A stretch of 64,000 nt of DNA, from positions 62,108 to 126,107 of the forward strand of contig JAOPTX010000010.1 of NCBI GenBank assembly GCA_051532055.1, read 5' to 3'. A model generated the notes under the pieces. That model was not told the origin of the DNA. It saw only the letters and a list, made by a program, of their open reading frames with translations, and searched no databases. A program made the translations under genes and the position numbers. The DNA is from Fibrobacterales bacterium. GTDB lineage: Bacteria; Fibrobacterota; Fibrobacteria; Fibrobacterales; JAOPTW01. This document shows positions 1 through 9,754 of the stretch, one piece after another (position 1 is the first letter of the stretch; every line of letters starts with the position of its first letter).

Positions 1-1
1 G

Positions 2-640
2 GGGTGGGATAGCGATACTATAAATGTAGTTGAAACAGCGCAACTTGCTGAGAATGAAAATCTTGACCTTTTCATCATTCATGGTAGGACCCGTACTCAA
101 GGGTATCGTGGTGAAGCAGATTGGGAAAAAATTGCAGAAGCAAAGCAAGCGGTAAATCATATACCTGTTGTGGGCAATGGTGATGTTAAAACTGTTGAAG
201 AGTTTATTACTCGACTTAACACTTATGGTGTTGATGGGATTTCTATAGGCCGTGGGGCCATGCACAACCCCTGGATATTTGGGCAAATTGTCGATTACTA
301 TGAAGGGCGTGAGATACGGGTGCCGACTTATGAAGATCAGAAAAATGTCTTCATGGTTTATAAGAAAAAACTTGAAGAAGCAGGTGTTCCTGAATTTGCA
401 ATTCTGGGTAAGATGAAACAGATCACTGCTCGCCTTATGAAGAGTATTCCCAACGCCTCAGAGGGACGTATGCTTTTACTTCGTACCGATGAGCTGGATG
501 GTTTCATGGGGACCCTCGATTCATTTTATTCTGAGCAGGTAGCTAAGTTTGGTGAAGTACCTTTTGATCCAGGCGCTGTAAAAGACCTGAATGGAAAGGC
601 CCGTAATGAGATACAAGAGGGTGAACACTTTTCAAAGTGA
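2..640 (+). CDS. dus: tRNA-dihydrouridine synthase (DusB-like), 5' truncated by window edge
   Basis: Frame is open from position 2: GWDSD...IHGRTRTQGYRGEADW...IPVVGNGDV...DGISIGRGAMHNPWIF, all Dus motifs. Confidence 0.92.
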   Translation, partial: GWDSDTINVVETAQLAENENLDLFIIHGRTRTQGYRGEADWEKIAEAKQAVNHIPVVGNGDVKTVEEFITRLNTYGVDGISIGRGAMHNPWIFGQIVDYYEGREIRVPTYEDQKNVFMVYKKKLEEAGVPEFAILGKMKQITARLMKSIPNASEGRMLLLRTDELDGFMGTLDSFYSEQVAKFGEVPFDPGAVKDLNGKARNEIQEGEHFSK

Positions 641-723
641 CCCCCATTGTAAACATTGTTTAAATAACCCATCACTCTATACTCTCTCCTTTGCAATTAG
701 GATAATTATCCTATTTTAACTTC

Positions 724-2007
724 ATGGCAGATATAAAACGAACTCAATCCCTCAGCGTCGCAAAACATATTGAAAAGTCTCAAAAAAAAGTGACGGTTCT
801 ATTTACCGATATTGTTGATTCAACAAAATTTTGGGAGAAGGTAGGGGATGTTGAAGCACGAGTACAGGTTGACTTACATAATAGAGTTCTCTTTAGTGTA
901 ATCAAGCAGTACAAGGGTAAAATTCTCAAGACCATCGGTGATGCAATTATGGCTTCGTTTAAAAGTCCTGATAATGCTCTAAAGGCTGCAATTGGGTGTC
1001 AGCAAATTTTGCGCCGTGAGCGAACTGAACACAATAATTTTAACCTGCATATTCGAATTGGTATTCACTCTGGTCGCGCAATCATCGAGGATAAAGATGT
1101 CTTTGGTGATGTAGTTAATGTTGCTGCTCGGGTCGAAGGTGAAGCAGAGAAAGATGAGATTTGTATCTCAAAAAAGACTCAAGAAGTGCTCAAAAAAGAA
1201 TTTCCTCTTAAGCGAGGGGGCAGCTTTCTCCCTAAGGGAAAAAAGAAAAAACTCATGCTCTATCAGGTACAATGGGAGAAGTCAGATTCCCTCATAGGTG
1301 GTGTTCGAGTGATTACCTTTATGCCCTCAAATAAAAATCAACGTATTGCAGTGAGTGTCTCTCTGGTGGTTACACTCATCTGGCTCTACTATCTCTATAG
1401 TACTAGCATACGGTTTTTTCTTGCGGATATAGAGTGGCTTTCAATTATGTTGCTCGACCCTTTTCAAGGGGCGCGAGAATATCCATATCTTGTTTTCCCA
1501 TTCCTCGGGGCGGCGCTTATTGGGCTCTACAAATTGGTTAATTATTCACACCTTTCACTCAATCTTTTCCGGGCTCTCAAAGGGGGAATGTATGGTGCCG
1601 TGGCATACCTCATTGCCACTCTTCTATTCATTGCAAATCCAACAGATATACTGCAGAGCGATCTTATTACTTCAAATCATCTTTTTGTTGAAGTTTTGGA
1701 GCCTGATACTGACATTAAAAGTCGTCCTCGCCTCAGTGCTACTACTCTTAAACGAGTTCATATGGGGGATTTACTTCTTTTGACAGATATTGAAAAGCGT
1801 GGAGTGATAACCTGGAACAAAGTCTTGATAGCGCCAAAGCAGTATGGCTGGGTGCCTCGTGTTGTTCCTGCACGGATGGGGATACCTAAAAAGCGTTATT
1901 CTAAAGCAAATAATTATCGTTACACGACATTTGACCTTTATGCACTTTTGGTAGGAGTACTTGGGTGGGTATTCGGGTGGTTCAGTTTTCGGATTAAGCC
2001 TGTATAA
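724..2007 (+). CDS. Class III adenylate cyclase with membrane segments and SH3b-like domain
   Basis: VLFTDIVDST, KTIGDAIMA, RIGIHSG, DVFGDVVNVAARVE; hydrophobic segments follow; C-terminal IKSRP...GD...WNKV...YGWVP resembles bacterial SH3. Confidence 0.85.
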   Translation: MADIKRTQSLSVAKHIEKSQKKVTVLFTDIVDSTKFWEKVGDVEARVQVDLHNRVLFSVIKQYKGKILKTIGDAIMASFKSPDNALKAAIGCQQILRRERTEHNNFNLHIRIGIHSGRAIIEDKDVFGDVVNVAARVEGEAEKDEICISKKTQEVLKKEFPLKRGGSFLPKGKKKKLMLYQVQWEKSDSLIGGVRVITFMPSNKNQRIAVSVSLVVTLIWLYYLYSTSIRFFLADIEWLSIMLLDPFQGAREYPYLVFPFLGAALIGLYKLVNYSHLSLNLFRALKGGMYGAVAYLIATLLFIANPTDILQSDLITSNHLFVEVLEPDTDIKSRPRLSATTLKRVHMGDLLLLTDIEKRGVITWNKVLIAPKQYGWVPRVVPARMGIPKKRYSKANNYRYTTFDLYALLVGVLGWVFGWFSFRIKPV

Positions 2008-2022
2008 TAATTGACAGTAAGG

Positions 2023-3474
2023 CTAACGGCCTCTCCAAAAGTTTGTAGAAAAGAGCAGTATCACCGTATACATCTCAAGACGCCCTGCGAGCATGGCAAT
2101 AGAAAGAATCCATAGCCCTGCATCTGATATTCCCGCAAAATTACTCACGGGGCCGACACCGGCAAATCCAGGGCCAATATTTCCAACACTTGAGAGGGCT
2201 GCAGAAAGGGAGGTACCCAAATCGAGGCCTGTTGCTGCGAGAAGACCACCTGTTACTATGACCGTCAAAACATAGAGAATGAAAAAACCATTAACATTGA
2301 GCTGCACATCCTCTTTTACTGGATTACCACCCACCTTGGACTGCATAACAGCTTGAGGGTGGAGGAATTTTCTGAGTTCTGCAATACTTGATTTGACGAG
2401 AATAATAACTCGAATGACCTTTATGCCACCACCGGTCGAGCCCCCACATCCACCAATGAGCATCATGCCAAAAATGAGAAATTGAGTAAAGAATGGCCAG
2501 ATGGAGTAGTCGGCACTCACAAATCCTGTTGTTGTTAAAATTGAGATTACCTGAAAAGCAGAATCTCTTATGTAAATCGCGAAAGGAGTCGTTGGGTCGG
2601 TATAGTAGAGTACGCCTCCAATAGTAAGGGAGGTGAGAGAAAAAATAAAGAAATAAGTTCTAAATTCTATGTCTCTAAAAAGGTATCCAATATTACCCGA
2701 AATTGCTCGAATGTGTAACGCAAAGTTAGCGCCCGCAAGTAACATAAAAAAGGTGATAATCCAGTGAATAGTACTGCTGTCGTAGGCTGCTACGCTGGCG
2801 TTTTTAGTAGAGAATCCACCCGTTGCAAGAGTACCAAAGGCGTGACAGGTCGCATCAAACCAGCCCATACCTGCAATGTAGAGAACAATGATCTGAAGTA
2901 TAGTGAGTCCTGCATACACATACCAGAGGAGCTTTGCAATGTTTTGCAGCTTCGGTGCTATTTTGTCAGATGTGGGGCCCGTAACTTCTGCTTTGTAGAT
3001 GTTGGAGCCAGAGGAGCCAAGGAGAGGCATAATGGCGAGACTCAGAACGATGATCCCCATCCCCCCAAGCCAATGTGTAAAACTGCGCCAAAAGAGGAGG
3101 GAGTGGTCAAGTGCTTCTATGTCATTGAGAACTGAGGCACCGGTGGTGGTAAAGCCAGACATGGTTTCGAATACTGCTTGTGTAAAATTGAGGGGACTGT
3201 AGAAGATAAAAGGGATTGCGCCTATGAGTGAAAAGACAATCCAGCCAAGAGAGACCACCAATATACTATCACGAAAGTTAATTTTGGTTTCTTTTGGTTT
3301 GATTTTGGCAAGGAGTCCACCAAGAATGAGTGAGCCACTAGCAGTATAAAAGAAAATGGCGTAGGTTGCTTCGTTGTAATAAAGTGCTACAAGACCGGGT
3401 AATATAAGAAAACCTGATAGGAGCACTATCAGGAAACCAAGAATCTTTAAAACACGGAGTCTATTTATTTGCAT
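2023..3474 (-). CDS. trkH: TrkH-family potassium uptake membrane protein
   Basis: FETMSGFTTTGAS, WLGGMGIIV, TLATGGFS, GGCGGSTGGGIK, SSVGNIGPG pore loops. Confidence 0.95.
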   Translation of the reverse strand: MQINRLRVLKILGFLIVLLSGFLILPGLVALYYNEATYAIFFYTASGSLILGGLLAKIKPKETKINFRDSILVVSLGWIVFSLIGAIPFIFYSPLNFTQAVFETMSGFTTTGASVLNDIEALDHSLLFWRSFTHWLGGMGIIVLSLAIMPLLGSSGSNIYKAEVTGPTSDKIAPKLQNIAKLLWYVYAGLTILQIIVLYIAGMGWFDATCHAFGTLATGGFSTKNASVAAYDSSTIHWIITFFMLLAGANFALHIRAISGNIGYLFRDIEFRTYFFIFSLTSLTIGGVLYYTDPTTPFAIYIRDSAFQVISILTTTGFVSADYSIWPFFTQFLIFGMMLIGGCGGSTGGGIKVIRVIILVKSSIAELRKFLHPQAVMQSKVGGNPVKEDVQLNVNGFFILYVLTVIVTGGLLAATGLDLGTSLSAALSSVGNIGPGFAGVGPVSNFAGISDAGLWILSIAMLAGRLEMYTVILLFSTNFWRGR

Positions 3475-4439
3475 TACTGAGTTCCCTGAAGGAAAGATAA
3501 CAATTTTTGAAAATCTTCTTGCAGGTCGGCAGTAAAGGTGAGGAGTTCATCAGTTCTTGGGTGGTTAAACTGTAGTTTAATCGCCTGAAGAGCTTGACTT
3601 GGCATGAGTGCAAGTGCTTTTTTTGCATCGGCCTTATAGAGTGGGGCAACATTTTTAGACTGTTTTTCACGGCCGTTATACAGCGGATCCCCAATGATTG
3701 GTATTCCAGTGTAGCGCATGTGTAGGCGTATTTGGTGGGTGCGTCCTGTTTCGAGCTTCACTTCAAGATATGATGCGAACCCATATGTTTCTAATGTTTT
3801 GTAGTGAGTAACGGCCCTGCGGCCAGTTTGTGATATGGCCATCTGTATTCTAAAGCGCGGGTCACGAGCAATTGGAGCATCTACAGTTCCTTCAAGATCA
3901 CGAGGGGCTCCCCATACAAGACAGCGATAGGTTCGTTTAATATCGCGACGTTCTAATTGGGCTGCAAGATTTGCATGAGCCATATCATTTTTTGCGACAA
4001 TCATGAGGCCCGAAGTATCTTTGTCAAGCCGGTGAACAATGCCCGGCCGCTCTTCGCCATTGATGGTCGAGAGGGTTTTACAGTGGTGTAACACTCCGGC
4101 TGCAAGGGTGCCTTTGTAGATGCCATTCCCTGGGTGTACCACCAGTCCTTTAGGTTTATTAATAACCAATAGGTCGTCATCCTCAAATACAATATCAAGA
4201 TCCATTGGCTCTGGTTCAACTTTCATGGAGGGCTTTTCAAGAAGAAAAGCGACTTCAATAGTGTCGCCATCAGAAAGAGGGTGGTTTTTCTTAATACCCT
4301 TTCCATTTACAGTAATTGCTGCTTGAGCAATCCATTTGTGGATGTCGGTACGAGAGTAATCAGGGTAAATCTCTTGGAGGTATTTATCGAGACGAATTTT
4401 ACCAGATTCGATCGTAACGGCATGGGTAGTGTTTGACAT
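3474..4439 (-). CDS. rluD: RluA-family 23S rRNA pseudouridine synthase (RluD-like)
   Basis: S4 domain RLDKYL, INKPKGLVVHPG, HRLDKDTSG, LETGRTHQIR; start moved to ATG 4439 to avoid lspA overlap. Confidence 0.92.
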   Translation of the reverse strand: MSNTTHAVTIESGKIRLDKYLQEIYPDYSRTDIHKWIAQAAITVNGKGIKKNHPLSDGDTIEVAFLLEKPSMKVEPEPMDLDIVFEDDDLLVINKPKGLVVHPGNGIYKGTLAAGVLHHCKTLSTINGEERPGIVHRLDKDTSGLMIVAKNDMAHANLAAQLERRDIKRTYRCLVWGAPRDLEGTVDAPIARDPRFRIQMAISQTGRRAVTHYKTLETYGFASYLEVKLETGRTHQIRLHMRYTGIPIIGDPLYNGREKQSKNVAPLYKADAKKALALMPSQALQAIKLQFNHPRTDELLTFTADLQEDFQKLLSFLQGTQ

Positions 4440-4440
4440 A

Positions 4441-4995
4441 TTATTGGTCAGCTTCAGAAGAAGAGTTTGACGGACTATTCTTTTTTTTAGGGTCAAGGAG
4501 CATTGGGCCGAGTATAACAAAAATTACTCCGATACAGACCCAGCTGTCAGCTAGGTTGAATGTTGGCCAGCGATGGATAATAAAATCGGGAAAATCCCAA
4601 TCGATAAAGTCAATAACTTTTTGAATACGAATACGGTCAAACATATTGCCAAAAGCACCTGATAAAATGAGGGCGATACCAAGTTTTGAAGCCCAGTCCC
4701 ATTTGGGGAGCTTGCGATAAAAAATGACCATGAGCACAATTGCTATTGTTGAGAGTAGTAAATAGAAAAGGGTTGGTGATAAGAAAGGAAGAATTTTCTG
4801 TGGCTGCATACTAAACGCGGCCCCAGTGTTATAGGCGAGTCTAAAGCGAAAGAGGTCACCGACAAGACGATATACTTCATTGGTTGGAGTGCCATCTTCA
4901 AGAGCGAATGCTGCAACAGCCCAGAGCTTGGTTATTTGGTCGAGAATAAAGCCTACTATGACGAGGCCTATATGAAAATTTCGATTTTTATACAT
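4441..4995 (-). CDS. lspA: Lipoprotein signal peptidase II
   Basis: LDQITK, YNTGAAFS, GAFGNMFDR, VIDFI, WPTFNLADS. Confidence 0.95.
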   Translation of the reverse strand: MYKNRNFHIGLVIVGFILDQITKLWAVAAFALEDGTPTNEVYRLVGDLFRFRLAYNTGAAFSMQPQKILPFLSPTLFYLLLSTIAIVLMVIFYRKLPKWDWASKLGIALILSGAFGNMFDRIRIQKVIDFIDWDFPDFIIHRWPTFNLADSWVCIGVIFVILGPMLLDPKKKNSPSNSSSEADQ

Positions 4996-5098
4996 AGTTT
5001 CCTACGGTTGAAGTGGGTCAAAAATAGAAAGATATTTGCCCAAAATACACTCTTTTAACCTTAAATACAAGTTTACTCGTGTAAAAGGGGCGTTAACA

Positions 5099-6217
5099 CT
5101 ACTTTTTAAGGTTTTCTAAGATTATTGCTTTTTCTTGGATAAATCGATTTTTTATATATCGATTTGAAAAATTTAAAAATGTTGTTTTAAGGATGATTTT
5201 TTTTACTTGAGGCCGTGTAATTTTAAGCTTAATATTTGGATTAAGGAGGTTTTCGAAATCTTCCGATGCCTTTACGAGCGTTTGAGAAGCCATAAAAAGT
5301 GGCCAGAGGCAAAAAAGTCGAATTTTGGGTTCAAGACGGGGTAAGAGCATGGTATAGTGAACAGCATCTTCTAAATGAATCAGTGCTTTCATTATCATAT
5401 CACGCATCACATCGAGTGACTGTTCTTTAAAAGCTGGGTCAAGAAGTTGATCTGTTGAAATCGTATGTCTCTGTGCAAGCTCTTGGGGGATAAAGCAGAT
5501 GTCTCGGGTCATATCTTCGGCAACATCTTTTATGATATTAGTAAGCTGGAGCCCGAGCCCAAATGAGTTTGCGAGTTGAGTCATTTTTTTGTAGCGACCT
5601 ACGGTAATCAGTGGGGAGTAATTTAAGAATAGATCACACAGCATGTATCCCACCGTTCCAGCGACATAATAGCAGTACTCGTCGAGTTCATCCAGGGTAG
5701 CAAGTGACATGAGTTTACCGGCGTCACGATCTTTGAGGCCATAAGTGATCATACCATCGCACATCTCCAAAACCCATTTTGTAATGCCATTTATATTTGC
5801 ATCCGAGAGATTGAGTAGTGAATCGAGTGGCCAGATAGTGAATAGTGAGAGGATTTGGCTGTAGTCTTGGTTGTCCTCTGATTTCCAGCTTTCAGGAAGG
5901 GCATTCGAGAAGACTTCTGCAGCGGCTAGAGCGTAATCACGAGAATGGATGTTTTCAAAAATATCTTTGAAACGATCGAGGTGTTCTTTTTTTTCGAGGC
6001 CATCCATTACAGGGTCGTCTTCTACGGTGTCTGCAATACGGCAAAAAAGGTAGGCCAGGAGGATCGGTTTTCTTAGAGGAAAAGGGAGTACCTTAATGTT
6101 TATAGCAAAAGTACGAGAGACTTTCTCAAGCATAAAGGCCGAAAACTTATAGGGCTCTCTACAGGTTCGAGCAGAAAAATCTACTCCAAATTGGGTGTAC
6201 TCATCAATATTAGGCAT
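5099..6217 (-). CDS. Squalene/phytoene synthase family (squalene-synthase-like)
   Basis: VSRTFA, AYLFCRIADTVEDD, YCYYVAGTVG, FGLGLQLTNIIKD, RLFCLWP. Confidence 0.88.
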   Translation of the reverse strand: MPNIDEYTQFGVDFSARTCREPYKFSAFMLEKVSRTFAINIKVLPFPLRKPILLAYLFCRIADTVEDDPVMDGLEKKEHLDRFKDIFENIHSRDYALAAAEVFSNALPESWKSEDNQDYSQILSLFTIWPLDSLLNLSDANINGITKWVLEMCDGMITYGLKDRDAGKLMSLATLDELDEYCYYVAGTVGYMLCDLFLNYSPLITVGRYKKMTQLANSFGLGLQLTNIIKDVAEDMTRDICFIPQELAQRHTISTDQLLDPAFKEQSLDVMRDMIMKALIHLEDAVHYTMLLPRLEPKIRLFCLWPLFMASQTLVKASEDFENLLNPNIKLKITRPQVKKIILKTTFLNFSNRYIKNRFIQEKAIILENLKK

Positions 6218-6391
6218 AGGGCAATAATAGTAAAAAATGGAGCTATAGGTCTGTATTGAAGTGTGTACAGGGCTTTAAATAGAGAAAGTTGCATAAGGCT
6301 AAAGAAATAGTTCGCTCTGATATGCGAACCTTTCTTATATAGATACAAGTAATATCTATATTTCCAATATTACTCCCAACAGGAAAGACGG

Positions 6392-7741
6392 ATGCACCCA
6401 CAAAAAGTATTGATCATATCAAATGAAAAGTATGCGACACCGCATATTCAGTTGATATTGACCTCAATCGAGTGTGATGTTGAAGTGTTGAGAACGGTGC
6501 AGAGTGGATTACAGCATTTTAATAGTGATCGACCTGACATGACAATTATTGACCTAGATATCGAAGAGAATCAGGGCCTAAAATGTGCTGAAAAACTTAA
6601 AGCATACGACCCAATGCATATTATTCTAGGGTTTACATCACAGCAGAACTTACTCAATAGAAGTCACCGCGCCATCTCTATTCTGCTTTCAAAACAAGAT
6701 ATAAGTATGAGTTTTCTTGAGGCCTTCAAAGAGGTGACCCACCTCTTTACCCTCAATCATCGACTAAAAGTAAATCTTCAGAATATTGTAGGTAAGTCGC
6801 CTCTCGCCGATAAGTTGCGGATTCTTATTACCAAAGCGGCTCGGGCAAACGGGAATGTACTGATTTCTGGTGAAAATGGTACAGGGAAAGAGCTAGTTGC
6901 TCGTGCGGTCTCCTCTCTTTCACCCATATATGTGACGGTGAACTGTAGTGCTATTCCTGAGAATCTCTTTGAAAGTGAGCTCTTTGGTCATGTCAAAGGA
7001 GCTTTTACAGGTGCGGCTATGGATAGGACGGGTATGTTTGAGGAGGCTGATGGTGGCGTGCTCTTTTTAGATGAAATTGGCGATCTTCCAATGGCGATGC
7101 AGACGAAATTACTACGAGCTCTTCAAGAGGGTGAGGTGCGACCCATTGGGTCGAATCGAAATATCTCGGTTGACGTACGGGTAATCTGTGCGACTAATAA
7201 AGACCTACAGAAAGAGATTAAAGAGGGGAATTTCCGTGAGGATCTCTACTATAGACTTAATGTTATTCCCATTTTGGTTGCCCCACTTCGTGATAGAATA
7301 GAAGACCTCTATACTTTGGTGCCCCATTTTCTTGATAAATATGCATTTGATGAGCATCACATTGCTCAGCTGTCTCCCGAAGCATGGAAGCTTCTTGAGT
7401 CTCATCCATTTATGGGTAATGTACGAGAACTGGAAAACATTGTACATCGAGCAGTTTCGCTCACTGATGCTCTTGAAATATCTGAGTTTGAAATTGCACA
7501 ATACGTAAGCCCTATCTCTAACGAACTCCTCTTCAATCTTGATTATACGGGTCTCAAAGAGTATCTCTATTCACAGGAACGCCGGTACTTTATCCAAAAG
7601 CTGACGGAGTATAAGGGGCGCGTGAATAAAGCGGCTCAAGCAATCGGCATTAACAGAACCGCTATGCACAACCGCATTACCAAGCTTGAAATTGACCTAG
7701 AGAGTATTCGAGGACTTTTTCGAGAGAACAGTAACGAATAG
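6392..7741 (+). CDS. Sigma54-dependent response regulator (receiver-AAA+-HTH)
   Basis: [48 protein letters not shown]-terminal Fis-type HTH. Confidence 0.93.
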   Translation: MHPQKVLIISNEKYATPHIQLILTSIECDVEVLRTVQSGLQHFNSDRPDMTIIDLDIEENQGLKCAEKLKAYDPMHIILGFTSQQNLLNRSHRAISILLSKQDISMSFLEAFKEVTHLFTLNHRLKVNLQNIVGKSPLADKLRILITKAARANGNVLISGENGTGKELVARAVSSLSPIYVTVNCSAIPENLFESELFGHVKGAFTGAAMDRTGMFEEADGGVLFLDEIGDLPMAMQTKLLRALQEGEVRPIGSNRNISVDVRVICATNKDLQKEIKEGNFREDLYYRLNVIPILVAPLRDRIEDLYTLVPHFLDKYAFDEHHIAQLSPEAWKLLESHPFMGNVRELENIVHRAVSLTDALEISEFEIAQYVSPISNELLFNLDYTGLKEYLYSQERRYFIQKLTEYKGRVNKAAQAIGINRTAMHNRITKLEIDLESIRGLFRENSNE

Positions 7742-7917
7742 CCTATTGCACTCATGGAATGATTAATGGTTTCGCGACTATTTCTAAATCGTCATAAACT
7801 ATTGAGCTTATTTGGGGTATAATGGTTAATAAATGGCGTTCTTGGTGGGAGTTCACCCTTCTGCCTTCATCCTGCGTTATATTTTTCTACATTTAGCGCC
7901 TCAACTACAGAGAGCCT

Positions 7918-8925
7918 ATGTTAATAGATGAAATAAGAATTCAAGTAGAGTCCGGTCACGGTGGTAAAGGAATGTCGAGTTTTCGACGTGAAAAGTATAT
8001 TCAATACGGTGGTCCTGATGGTGGCAACGGCGGAAAAGGCGGCGACGTTACTCTCGTGGTTAATGAACAGTTTAATACTCTTCTTGATATTGGGTATTCG
8101 CGGGTATTTAAGGCCGAAGATGGTGTTAATGGGGGAACCGTAAATAAATCAGGCAGAATGGGTAAAGACCGCATTATATATGTACCGCCTGGAACTTTGG
8201 TAAAAGATCCAGAAGGACGTATTAAAGCAGACCTGACTGAAGCAGGTCAAGAGTATCTTGCCGCCAAAGGTGGACAAGGTGGCCTCGGTAATGCTTCATT
8301 TAAAAGCTCGAAAAACCAAGCGCCCGAAAAAGCGCAACCAGGTCGTCCGGGCGAAGAATATGAGCTTTTTCTTGAGCTAAAAATGATGGCAGATGTTGGC
8401 CTTGTTGGGTATCCCAATGCAGGTAAATCTTCTCTTGTAAATTGTATCTCAAGTGCTCACCCTAAAGTGGGGGACTATCCTTTTACAACTCTTGAGCCAA
8501 TTCTTGGTATTGTTCAAGCGACCGACTATAGTAGTTTTGTTATCGCTGATATTCCGGGTATTATTGATGGTGCATCACAGGGGAAAGGTCTTGGCCATCA
8601 GTTCTTGAAGCATATTGAAAGAACCTATTCACTTCTTTTTGTGATTGATTCAAATGAATCAGATGCATATGAAAAATTTCTCTCTCTTCGTAAAGAGCTT
8701 GAAGAATTTCACCCTAAGCTTGCCGAAAAGCCTTATGTTATAGCTATGAACAAGCGTGACTTGGGTGAAGCCTCTGCACAGCAGAAATTTATAGATGCTG
8801 GTGAAAAATTCATCTACACCTCAGCAGTAGAGAAGAAAGGGCTTATAACTTTGGTACGTGCACTTGATAAACATGTGCGCCCCCATCAGCGAGATAACTG
8901 GGAAAATGAGAAGGGCAACTGGTAG
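7918..8925 (+). CDS. obgE: GTPase ObgE/CgtA
   Basis: FRREKY..GGPDGG, GYPNAGKSS, YPFTT, DIPG, NKRD. Confidence 0.97.
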   Translation: MLIDEIRIQVESGHGGKGMSSFRREKYIQYGGPDGGNGGKGGDVTLVVNEQFNTLLDIGYSRVFKAEDGVNGGTVNKSGRMGKDRIIYVPPGTLVKDPEGRIKADLTEAGQEYLAAKGGQGGLGNASFKSSKNQAPEKAQPGRPGEEYELFLELKMMADVGLVGYPNAGKSSLVNCISSAHPKVGDYPFTTLEPILGIVQATDYSSFVIADIPGIIDGASQGKGLGHQFLKHIERTYSLLFVIDSNESDAYEKFLSLRKELEEFHPKLAEKPYVIAMNKRDLGEASAQQKFIDAGEKFIYTSAVEKKGLITLVRALDKHVRPHQRDNWENEKGNW

Positions 8926-8929
8926 CCAG

Positions 8930-9445
8930 CAGGTTATCATTGGCTCTATCCGGTTTCCGTGATCTCCGTGTTGACTCCCTTCATGAGCCATTATTAAGGA
9001 AATAGTTTTCCATTATTAATAGGAATCGCACATCTTTTTTTTGGAGTTGAGGCTCTCATGACGCCTGAACTCCACGTTTCAATATTATCTAAGTGCTTTT
9101 AATGAAAGCTCTCCTGAAGTAGTCTCATCATCAAGTCCGACATAACTGTAAAACTATCCGTATAGAGCGGAAGTGTATGACTGAGTCGAGAAGGGGCATG
9201 TGATCCAATGTCTTCAGTATAAATGGTGTCATCTACTATGAGTGGTCGATTTTTGACAGAGCGTCCAATTCGGGGTATTTTATAGGTTTGTTCTTACTCA
9301 ACATTGGTTAAGTAATAGGCCCAGAGTTGACTCTCTGCAGTATCTGCAGCGATAATATTAAGTTTATGAGTTTCTGCCTTTATAATGAATATTGCGGTGA
9401 TTAACAATAAAGGAATTAGAACGGTAAGTGTATTATAGGTGGGGG
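8930..9445 (-). pseudogene. Disrupted NPCBM/NEW2 carbohydrate-binding domain protein
   Basis: Stitched reading: hydrophobic leader LTVLIPLLLITAIFII...YYLTNVE*EQTYKIPRIGRSVKNRPLIVDDTIYTEDIGSHAPSRLSHTL...SFT / YVGLDDETTSGELSLKAL / DNIETWSSGVMRAS...IPINNGKLF / LIMAHEGSQHGDHGNRIEP; one TAA (9296-9294) and three frameshifts; ends approximate. Confidence 0.72.
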
Positions 9446-9542
9446 GGTAAAAATGTGTTTGCAGCTAGTGTAACAAATAAACGCTCACATAATGAGGGCG
9501 CAATACGGTATTTGTAGAGGGGAGTTGTATCTGAATTGATAC

Positions 9543-9572
9543 AAAAAAAGCCCAGTCATAAGACTAGGCTTT
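9543..9572 (-). terminator. Intrinsic terminator after tRNA-Asn
   Basis: Minus strand AGCCTAGTC-TTAT-GACTGGGCT followed by T-run. Confidence 0.85.
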
Positions 9573-9578
9573 AAAAAG

Positions 9579-9651
9579 CTGCTCCTCTTGGACTCGAACC
9601 AAGGACCGAACGATTAACAGTCGTTTGCTCTACCAACTGAGCTAAGGAGCA
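9579..9651 (-). tRNA. tRNA-Asn (GTT), CCA not encoded
   Basis: TGCTCCT/AGGAGCA acceptor stem, TAGCTCAGTTGGTAGAGC D-arm, CTGTTAA anticodon loop, CTTGGTTCGAGTCCAAG T-arm, G discriminator. Confidence 0.97.
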
Positions 9652-9668
9652 TCATTTTTGGTAGAGCA

Positions 9669-9697
9669 AATATAATTCATAAAAAAGTGGCAGTCAA
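9669..9697 (-). promoter_or_regulatory. Sigma70-type promoter of tRNA-Asn
   Basis: TTGACT-N17-TATATT on minus strand. Confidence 0.8.
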
Positions 9698-9754
9698 TAG
9701 TTTTTGTTTTAAAACATATAAAAATGATAAAAAAAAGAGGTGGGCAAATTATTG

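Noticed and set aside
724..2007. Cyclase as a Pycsar/CBASS anti-phage system
   Set aside because: ATP-type specificity residues, no adjacent effector gene, housekeeping context
4440..4520. N-terminal extensions in the ORF track for rluD (also plsC 55408-55650, DUF368 51393-51473, yraN 52543-52632, truC 60294-60377)
   Set aside because: They overlap neighbouring genes or precede better starts, and lack family similarity
8926..9651. Genomic island integrated at tRNA-Asn
   Set aside because: No integrase and no duplicated tRNA 3' end (att) seen; only a pseudogene lies downstream
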